Source of the DNA: Lama guanicoe
Taxonomy: Eukaryota
Length of the DNA stretch: 64,000 nucleotides
Assembly: GCA_013239625.1 (NCBI GenBank)
Contig: MU057357.1
Span: forward strand, 4,806,045-4,870,044
Direction: 5' to 3'
In this document: in pieces, positions 54,071-64,000 of the stretch
Layout: every line of letters begins with the position of its first letter
Position numbering within the stretch: the first letter of the stretch is position 1
Position numbers and translations under genes: made by a program
The notes under the pieces: generated by a model
Databases searched by the model: none
Seen by the model: the letters and a program-made list of their open reading frames with translations, nothing else
What the model was told of the DNA's origin: nothing

Positions 54071-54657
54071 ACATCTGGGTGTGGGGGGGGGGCCAGTGGG
54101 ACAGGGTCCTCAGGAGTCTTTGCACTGGAGCCCCGAAACCTCGGGGATGGAGGAGGTGGGGGCGCAGGACAAACCTGACTGGGAAAGAAGGGTTTGACCT
54201 CTTATCTCCAGCTTAGACTTCGTTGCCTTTGGTCTGGATTTTAGTGGTATCACATATTTAGTGTGATATATTTCAGCGATATACACATATTCAGTAGCGA
54301 GGATTCCTGTATGTATATTCTATAATACAGATTTTTGATTTTTAATCGTATCTGAAAGATCACTACATCTGGGTGTGGGGGGGGGCCAGTGGGACAGGGT
54401 CCTCAGGAGTCTTTGCACTGGAGCCCCGAAACCTCGGGGATGGAGGAGGTGGGGGCGCAGGACAAACCTGACTGGGAAAGAAGGGTTTGACCTCTTATCT
54501 CCAGCTTAGACTTCGTTGCCTTTGGTCTGGATTTTAGTGGTATCACATATTTAGTGTGATATATTTCAGCGATATACACATATTCAGTAGCGAGGATTCC
54601 TGTATGTATATTCTATAATACAGATTTTTGATTTTTAATCGTATCTGAAAGATCACT
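54071..54657 (+). repeat. Head-to-tail duplication, 294 bp + 293 bp
   Basis: 54071-54364 and 54365-54657 read identically except for a G10 versus G9 run. Confidence 0.97.
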
Positions 54658-56199
54658 CTTTGTAAGACATTGTGGCACAGGGAACGCAACTTTTCACGGC
54701 ATTCCTAACTGAGGTGACACCTGCAGCAGCTCCCTTCCTAACACTTCCCAGCTCAGCAGGACCATTTCCAGTAACAATCATGCAGTAATCATCATCATTA
54801 TTTTTCAATTCATTCTTTAATTGAAGAACAATTTAGAAAGAAACTTCAATGTAATGATATTACTAAAATTCAGTAAAATATTGAGTCCGTGCACTAAAAT
54901 TCTCATCTCCCAAGCAAAACCCACAATTTCTGCTGTATTTCATGTTTAAATTTCAAACACAAAAAGTCCAAGTGGTCGTAGAGAATGATTAAAACTGAAG
55001 TAACTCAGGTTCTGTCTTTTCATCTTTCCAACCACTCTGCTGTCATTACTTTGAATCTACCGTTTAAATGCAGGAATAGGTGGTCATGGGGGAACTGGAG
55101 ACGCAGACTGCAGTCGTAGTGAGCTGGACTGATTCCAATCAAGTCCGAACTCTTCAAATGAAATAATACAGCTGAAATTTTCCAGTCCAAAGACTGGAAA
55201 ACTGAGAGTTCTCTGAATTAACTTTCGTGTAGAATGCCATGTTTATTAAAGGTTAAGTAACAAAACTTGCTAATTTGAAGCCTATATTATTATTGCTAAT
55301 GTTGCTTTGTTATTATTATTATTACAATTCAACAATGACCGCAGTAGTTGTTTAGAATTTAGCTCAACTAAAGATGCTTTTCAGGGAGGAGCAGTTCCTC
55401 ACGGTTAGAGCTGCCACAGCACAGTGTTAGTATAAAGCAGATCGGTTTCTACCTTGGCTTTATTATTTTTAATGTCTGCAGGCAATGCACCCCTCTATTA
55501 CCTTCACCGAAAGTGGACCACTCCCATTTTTCTAACCATTGCTGCTTCCCTACGACTCTGAGAATCCCTAGAACAAAGCAAAAATCCAGACAGAAAAGAA
55601 GATTCATTTCCTCTTGCTCACAGACCACTGCTCAGTTTTGTTTCACAGAGTGTTTCCATGGTACCTGGCAGGTGAGGACCGTGGTGGACAGGGGGAAGGT
55701 GACACTCAGAGGGAGGGGCAGGTGTGTTCACAGAGCTCAGCGGGGCCACGGTGCCTGCCGGATGGAGCAGCACTGTTGGTGATTCCCAGAACTGCTCTGC
55801 AGGTAGCGGAGCTAATTTCCAGAGGTAGGTCCCTGTGCCAGTGGATTAAGGCAAGAGCCAGAACTTCCAGATATATCCAAAGCTGGGCAGGACAGAAAGA
55901 AGGTTTGTTCTCACAAACCACACAGTCTAAGTAGAGCAAACATCCAATTAGTAAACATCATATAAGAGAATTTATTTTAATATAGTGTATAATCTGATAA
56001 ACGGAATGCTAGGCAGATGTGCACAGAATGTTTCAGAAAGTTTCCTGGGAAAAATGACACCTGAACAGACTTGTAAAAGAAAAATAGGAGTCAGGGACCC
56101 ACTGAATTTACCCTGTTGTAGTTTCAGATGCAGCTCTTGTGTATATAAGATATTTGGGGGTGGGGGTGCTCTTAAAGATCCCTTTAAATTAAACAACAT

Positions 56200-56420
56200 C
56201 GTGATACCCCAGATTTACTGAGCATCCACAATGTACCAGTGACTTTATCATCGAGCTTTATGCTCGGTGTGGTCCATGGGGTACAGCTATTATCATCCTC
56301 ATTTTACCAGGAGGGGAAACCGAGGCTTTGAGCAGCCGAGCAACTTGCCCAAAGTCGCAAACTACAAAGCAACAAAGATAGAATTTGAATGTAAACAGTC
56401 TCACTTCAGAGTCTGAGATT
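56200..56420. mobile_element. MIR SINE remnant
   Basis: attatcatcctcattttac..ggaaaccgaggct..aacttgcccaaagtcgca. Confidence 0.7.
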
Positions 56421-57798
56421 TAATCTTGCAATCAACTCCTAGAAGCAAATACAAAAGGACACTTGGGTCACTGATCACTTGAAGCCCCAAATCCCCTTCC
56501 CCCCTAAGCTGTGTGTTCAGACTGGCATTGCTCTACTGGGACACTTCCTGCAAGTATTCGGCTGAGCTGGGCTCGGCAAAGGTAAGGATCAGTACCAGTG
56601 ACCATCCCGATGGTGAGATTTAGGCTTTGTGTTTAAATTCCGTCTCTGTTGCTTCTTGGCAGTATGACCTTGGCTAAGTCATACTTGGCCATTTCTGAAC
56701 TCAGTTTCCTCATCTATAACACGGGGCTACTAAAACCTGGGTCTCAGGCATGTTCTGAAGTTTCATTGCCAGTAGGGGAACAGCCCTGACACACAGTAGG
56801 CATTTTCTGACACATAGTAGGCATTTTCAGAGTCTACTCTGACAAGTGCGAGAGTTAATTAAACAGGGCAATGCCACAACCTGTTTCTGGAGAAAATTTT
56901 GCTTGCCTTCAACTTCGTACTTCCACGGTGACAAACTTTGAATCCTAAGTAAGAGACCCCAGGATCGCTATTTATTTTAAACAACAAACACCTGTCATCG
57001 CTCAAATTAGAAACACTTGCAGAACCAAGCTACGAAATATTTATAAATTCACAAATGTGTTTTAATTGCTGCTAAGTAAAATGAATTCAGCTGTAGTTTT
57101 TCGCTCTATGAGAAAACGTGCCTTCATTCCTTTCTCCCCAATCCTAACGAGAGTGGTTGAATATTGGATTTGTGCAGCCAGTCATATAGTGTTTGTGATA
57201 AGGGAAAGTTATGCTTTATCCTTGGGATTGGGAGGAACGGGAGTTAAGGTGTGGGAGAGAGATGGCCGAATGTGAAAGAGACACGTCACAATTTAGATGC
57301 GAAAAGGAGGCAATGACCATATACCTCTACCTTGTAACTCCTACCCACCGTGGGAAATCCATGACCTCGTTTGTGAAGTGTTTTCCTTTTAATCTGGTCA
57401 CGTTAAATCTGAATGTTCCCAGGCATTTACTTGTCATGCTTTTTGGTTTTTCCTCAAGTCCCAGGAAGAATCATAGGAGAAGAATAAATAATGCCATTCT
57501 ACTTCTACAGATTATGGCTCTTCAGAAACTGTATCCCTGACCCAACTTCCTACTAGACTTTTAAACATTAAAATTTTGAGTGTTATTTTCATCTAATTTA
57601 GCATAATTTCTGGTGGGAGACTCATAAACCAAGAACACGCAGGTCAAATTCAACCTACACGTATGTTTTGTCTGATGTTTGAAAACTTTCAAGTAAATGT
57701 TTTCCTAAAAATCAGAAGATTTTACAAAGAATCTGGGTTTTGGCTCTCTCTTAACAAAAATGGGATAGCAAGCAAACTGGTCCCAGCCTACCCTATGG

Positions 57799-57971
57799 CA
57801 GGGGTTCTCAAAGGGCAGTTGCTATAGGAACAGCATCAGCATCACCTAGGAATGCAAATTCTCGAGCCCTCCCAGATCTCCTAAGTCAGAAACTCTGGGC
57901 TTAAGTCCAGCAACCTGTATCTTTGTCATCATTCAGGTCATCCAGATGCTAACCAAGCGTGAGACCCGCTG
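57799..57971. mobile_element. MER5A-like MITE nested in a MER102-like element (~57620-58000)
   Basis: Termini caggggttctcaaa / tgagacccgctg; cagcatcagcatcacct..aatgcaaattctc; degenerate 8-bp TSD ccctatgg / ccctacag. Confidence 0.8.
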
Positions 57972-58097
57972 CCCTACAGCAGCGATGTGCAGACATCTCC
58001 TCATTGGCCGTGGGCCCCGCTGTGGAAACAACGCGTGTGCACATACTCACTTGCCTTTGGCGCTCCTAGGGACAGTTTCCTAGCCAGTTCCTGAGGC

Positions 58098-59510
58098 CAA
58101 TCAGCTTCATGGATGTGTGACCCATGCCGTCACAGGGCCCCGTTCTCAGAAGAGACCTGACTTTGGTTTCATGCTCTGCTGTTCTGTCTTGAAATTCGTA
58201 ATCCTTTTATCTTTGATTTTGTGTTCTGTTACTGAAGTGTGATGGGACAATGGAGCATGTGTGTGAGCAGAGAAGAGACACCAGCTGGCAGCATGAGTGG
58301 ACACAGGGGTAGTGGGCAGCCTGCGTGCTGTGCCGTTGGCCTGGATGCCTGATGCACATGTGCGTGCTGGGCAGTCCAGGGGACCACGGATCCCCAAAGG
58401 AATGATGGGATGCACAAAGGGGCACTTTGATTATATAAAACCAGGACAGGAACCCCCGGCACTCAGGCAGTAAACTTTGTCAGTCAATTACTACAAAATC
58501 ATAGCGTATGTATGGACATCGTGATAAAGCATATTAAAAAGTTATCAGAATTCTTCACAAATGTTAGAATCTCTGTTTGAAAACTGCTACACCATTGCAA
58601 AGCAAATATTCAGAAGTTTAGAATTTGAAATTAAATTTAAAAAGTATCACATTTGATAGAAAAGAATACTATTTTTATATGAAGCTTTAGATTAACCACC
58701 TATTAATGAGAAAACAATTTTATAATTAGTGTTTCCTTGGAATTGAAGAGACAGTAGTATAATGCACAAATGGGCATTTGAATGATAGATACACCGTGAA
58801 GCCATTTTCAGATCCTTGTGTGACGTCTGCAAGTTACATAAAATGTCAGAGGAAACATTAAAATGCCATTGCACAAATTTTCACTTAAAATTAGATTCAG
58901 GCTTACACAAAACGAATTTGTGTGAAGAGTTAAATCTTTTTAGAAAAAACCGTTTCTCAAGAATCATCAGTCTAGATACACTAAAATTTATATTTCAAAA
59001 TAACATCAAAAATTTCTCCCAATATTGTGAAGCATATAAAACACTCAACAGCTATTGTAACAGTCGTATCAGCATAAAATCCTTCTCAAAGTTAAAAAGT
59101 TATCAAAAGTACTTGCTGTATCTCATTTGCCAAAAACGATTACTTTCAATTATATTGATTGAGAATGAGGTTGCTAAAAGTATGTTTGACTGATCTAATA
59201 AATGAATAGGCAGAAAACAGAGCCACGAATATCTCGTGATCAATCAAGATACCATATAAATACTTAGTAATATATTGACTTTGTTATTACTATTATTATT
59301 ATTTTTATTTATTGTATATAATTTAATTTGTAAGTTTATGTTGTTTCTTATGTATTACTGCTACCTCTATTACACTTCATAGTAATAATAATATCTTTAA
59401 ATATACAAGTCTAATTTTTTAGTATCTCAAACAGCATTTCCCCCCTGCTTTTGCAAGAAATCCTAAATTTTTACTTTGCATAGTTTCCATAATAATGTAG
59501 CTGTGCTTGC
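58098..59510 (+). mobile_element. Zaphod/MER91-type hAT-Tip100 DNA transposon, internally deleted, with decayed transposase C-terminus
   Basis: 5' end gcttcatgg..cacagggccccg.tctcagaag; 3' end tttgcaag..ttttactttgca..aatgtagctgtgcttg; ORF 58816-59193 ends SFSKLKSYQKYL..QKRLLSIILIENE (hAT dimerisation motif). Confidence 0.8.
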
Positions 59511-59599
59511 CTGGGACATCTGAAGTAGCCGACCTCAGGAGGAGACATAATAAACACAAACAACAGCAGCCAGAAGACCCACTTTCAAAACTTAGCTCT

Positions 59600-59920
59600 G
59601 GGACATTCTGTAAAGTATTCTGTGTTTTCAGTGTCCTGAAGGCAAAAACAGTGCTGAGACTGGTATAAAGTGAAGAAGACCAAAGAGACATGACGAAGAG
59701 AAGTAAAACAGAAACACTGATAGCATCGTGGATGGAGAAAAAAAATTATAAAGGAAATTTGGAGGACATTGGGAAATTTGAATACGGATTAGGTATTAGA
59801 TGATGTCACTAAATCAACATTTAATTTACTGCGATAATGGTGGTGTGGTTATGTAGGAGAGAGCCCTGCTCTTAGGAAAGGCGTGACGTTTTTAGGAGAG
59901 AGGTGTTACCGTGCCTCTCA
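59600..59920 (+). mobile_element. Ancient L1MC/L1ME-type 3' fragment
   Basis: aaagagacatgac..ttgggaaatttgaata..tattagatgat..gataatggt..gtggttatgtaggaga. Confidence 0.6.
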
Positions 59921-62900
59921 CAGAGTTAAACAAGAGAGGGGATGGGAGGCAGCTTGCATGAGCATTTAGGTTTGAAGTTTTTCAGATGAAAAAAAAAATG
60001 GAGAAAATAAATAATAGATCATCAGGGGGCTTTCTGGGCAGTTGATAATGTTGCCTATTTAATTAGACATGGGTGGTTATTGCAAGGATGTCTTCAATTT
60101 CTAATAATCCAACCCATTATTCACTTATGGTTTGTATACTCTTTTATGTGTGTGCTATTTGCCAGTTAAAATGTTTCAAAAATGATGCTTTATAACTGAG
60201 CAAAAAATCCCTAAATGGGGATCTATTGTTCTACTGCTGAGTGGACATTTATCGGTGCTTTTGGAGCGGGAGAATTTTGCCACTTAATCACATGATCACT
60301 TTTCTTTTGTTTATTTTGTACCTCAGATTCCAAATCCAAAGTTCAGCGTGGGAGAGGAGCAGGAGTCACATGAGGAGGAGTCACACCCAGGAGTCACGAC
60401 TAGGAACAACTTTCACAAGAGTGTATCTAGGTCTTAACACAGCTTGAAGCTGATACAATTCTGAGGGTCCTCTTTAAGTAAAATAATACCAAATTTGGCC
60501 TGAAAGTAAATATTGATTCAGGAAGTGTTGAGGAAGTGAGAGCTCAGAAACTTACTATCTTTGACTTCAAGAGCAATCTGCCTCTAGTGTTTATTTTTCA
60601 ATATTTTAAGTTGGGACAAAGCAAAAATTTTATTTTTGTCTTGATTCTTCTTATTTGAATCATTACTGTGTTTACTATATTCTTGTTGCTTCTTCTGGGG
60701 ACCTCCAAGGATAGTTCTTTTTTTTTTTTTTCATGATTAAGGGAGCAAGTCTTCTCTGTTTGCTTCTAAATAATGACTGGGCGAGAAACACTAGATGTGC
60801 ACAGTAGAATAATGAAAAGACAGAGTTAGAGTAGAATCTCTGACTTCCTCTGATCCAAAATTACATAAAACAATACACAGCCCACTATCATCCTCAAACT
60901 CAAAGCCAAGCACATGTGCCAGGTACCATGTAACAATACACAAGTGACCGAATCGAGTTTCGTTTAATCCTCCCAATGATCTTCTGAGATGGGAATTATT
61001 ATCCCAATTATGTAACTGAAAACATTTTCCCCCAAGTCCGACCAGAGAGTAGTGCGTGAGCCAGAATTTAAATTAGAACTTTGTGCTCACAAGACCTTTG
61101 CTCTGATCACTACACCTAAGGTATCAACCAACGGGAGCATCGTATTTCCCAAGAAGGGACAAGCAAACGGTTCCTATCTTGAGTTCAGGGATCTGGTGTC
61201 TGCTTTTCATGCTTCTAATAAAAGAGGTGAAATACAGAATAGTTGAATTTTAAAGTAGAGAATGTCTAGGGTAAGAGGGCAAAAAGAGTAAGTTCACCGC
61301 AGTTACGTGACTCCGGCCTTTGCTTCTGACAAGATCAGCCCTTCCTACTTAGCTCACGTAAACTCTCCAGAATGCCGAAAGGGGAAACAAGAAAATGGTA
61401 TTTTTCATGAATAGAAAAATGCATCTGGCTGATGTACATTTGGGTTTTTTTTAACCTTAATTTTCATACGTAAGTCACTGAATTAATGCAATTTCCGAGT
61501 TCCTTTTCCTAATTAAATTATTTTCTCCTCTATCAGCTCAGCTTACCAAGACAGTTAGGGACCTAAACACTTTGGTTTTTTGAAACAACTCATTTTGCTC
61601 CGTTTTAGAGTGGTTTTATGAAATTCATGCTGCAAAGGCAATCAACTTCTCTCTGACTCTTTCCGCTCTTTCTCTTTAAAGAACAGACAAACATAAATAA
61701 ATATACCTCAAGATTTCACTTACGAATGAACATATCCAGGTTTAGATTTTTTTCTGTAAAACATTATATGGAAGACTTACGCACTCTTCCTGCTTTGTAT
61801 AAACTGCAAGTCAGCATCAATCAGCCTATCTTGATTTGGTATCCATCCCCAGAATTGTGACTGGCGGTGTTTAAATAGGTTTCAGGACCAGCTAAAAAGG
61901 GACAATCACCGGAGGATACAAAACAGTTAATCTTTTGATGGCGGCATCTGAGAGCAGTTGGCAAAATCAGGCAACCCTCGCACAGCCGGCAACCTCGGTT
62001 CTCACCAGACCTTTCCTTATGGCATGAAAGGCCTCTGCCTCCGTTTCATGACCCTGTCCACAGACCAGTGTTCTGCAGTACACCAAACAGATATGTTCTC
62101 CTTCTGGGTCTGGCAAACAAGTCTTGTCTTTCATTAAAAAGACAAGTTTACTGATGTTGAGACAGGCCGAGTTCCTACTTCCTCTTGTGTCTGAATTCCT
62201 GGGCCGTAGCGGAGGCTCTCTGGGAGGAGGTGTCAAATCATTACAGGATGCAAGTTGAGCTTCGATTCTTTGGAGTTAAAGCTTCTCTCTAACAACTCAA
62301 GACATAGAACAAATAATAAGTCCTTCCATTTTTGATAAAATGTTTTTTTTTAACCTGGGAGTAGTGGGTAGAGTAACTGAAAACATTTTCCACTATTATC
62401 TGAAACTGAAATGGCAGATGCAGTCATTAATTCAAAAACAATTGTTGTGGCTTAGAAATATATGTAGCATTTATTTCCTCTTCCACGCTCTCCTTTTGGG
62501 AGGACTCCAGCCCCATATTTCTTGGGAGGAGAGCATGAGATCCTTCTGGATTGCCACTTTGAATCTCATTTTTGGTGGCCAGGGCCAAAGGTTCTTGAGG
62601 ATCTCTTTCTGTGCGCCTCCTGGAGGACACCTTAACTAAACAACACTTGGGAAACTGGACAAGATGCTCCCCCATCCAGTGATCCAGTGTGCAGCCAAGA
62701 TGCCTCACAGCCACTCAAAGAGTTCTTTGAAGAGGGGTGAGATATGTTTGTTTTCCCACAAGAAAACTCTTTTGAGGATCAATTTTACAGTTTTCTCTCA
62801 GATTTTCAAAGGCTTGTTGGAGATACCAGGGTAAAAGTTAGGGCCCAACTAGTAAACAGTGATTCATTGCAACTGACAGTAAAAGAACTCTACATAATAT

Positions 62901-64000
62901 TGTCTACTACTTTTTTTTTTCCACCACTATCTTTCTTTACCATTATTATGTCAATGAAATGGTAGTAAATAACACTAACATAAAATTTACACTAAATTTG
63001 ACAGAAACCACGGACGTTACATGAGCCTATAAATTCTCCCCAACCAAATTTGGTCACTATTCAAAAAAAAAAAATTTGTTCAACTTGCCAATGTGGAGAA
63101 AACTGACTTAAAATTTGGCTGAAACCTCATTCCAGCGACCAGTCTACCTCATCAGAGGCAACCATGAGCAGTGATGGATGCTAAACACTGAATACAAGAA
63201 GCAGATGTTAGGAGCAGAGAGGACGGAAGCTTATAAATAAACAGTGACTAATTAACCCTACGTGATGTAGACTGGGCCACCTGGCTATTTTAAAGATTGT
63301 GAAAATAGAGGCAGCAGGGAAGTAAAAGGATGAACTCAACAACCTCAAAGAGCAAACTGGGGGATTTTGTTTGGGGAGCCCTCTATGATTGACAAACTAT
63401 GCTTAGAAATTATCCAGGGACACCATGAGCTAGAGCACAAGTGAAGAAAATGGCACCATGGAATAGCCATCTTGACTTGTTTGTTAAACATGCAGATGAT
63501 TGCAGGGTGATTGGTGATGACAAAAGGAAATTTATCTTTGGAGTCTTAGACTATTGCTGGTGGAAAGAGCATTGAAGATTACCTGGACAAGTTGTCTCTC
63601 TCTCTCACCTCAACATTTATAGAAATAGCAGCTGCGATTCAAGAGGTCTTTTGCCCAAGATCATGTGCAAGGTGAGTAGCAGGTTCAATTAGAACCCACG
63701 TTTCTTTAATTCTTCTTTTAGATTTCAGTTATCATGTATAACCAAGTCTTGGCACAAATGACAATGGTAAATGTCTCTCCACAAAGCCTCAGACAAAGCC
63801 TGTAAATATTTGTGAAACTACACTTACCCTGACTTTTCCCAGGGTTGCATTCGATAATCTTTTTGATGGATTATATGCAGATGTATGATTCTATGAGACA
63901 AATGGGATACGGAAAGGGGGAAAATGCGCAGGGTTGGTACAGTTCTTTGCAACTCTTCTGAAATTTCAAACTCAGATTCTAACAATAGAAACATAATGAG

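Overview
Mammalian genomic DNA, probably camelid (six copies of a tRNA-derived SINE that I recognise as the camelid Vic-1 type). Positions ~1-38,200 hold the 3' two-thirds of EPHA4 (ephrin type-A receptor 4) on the + strand. Twelve coding exons (6-17, numbered as I recall the human gene) encode the second FN3 repeat, TM helix, juxtamembrane, kinase, SAM and PDZ-binding tail (...MVPV*). All visible junctions are GT-AG and keep frame; most of exon 15 lies in an N-gap. The stop is followed by a likely ~4.2 kb intron inside the 3'UTR and a non-coding last exon whose end probably lies in another gap. The remaining ~26 kb is intergenic and rich in old repeats (L1, L2, MIR, MLT1/MLT2, hAT elements), plus a near-perfect 294-bp tandem duplication. 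I see no new gene or exotic system. The best leads are RNA-processing features of EPHA4: a 3'UTR intron with competing poly(A) signals and paired miR-17 sites, a perfect donor motif at the start of kinase exon 11, an in-frame alternative acceptor in the activation loop, a possible SAM/PDZ-truncating poly(A) site in intron 16, and an inverted SINE pair. Repeat family names and human comparisons are from memory, not from a search.
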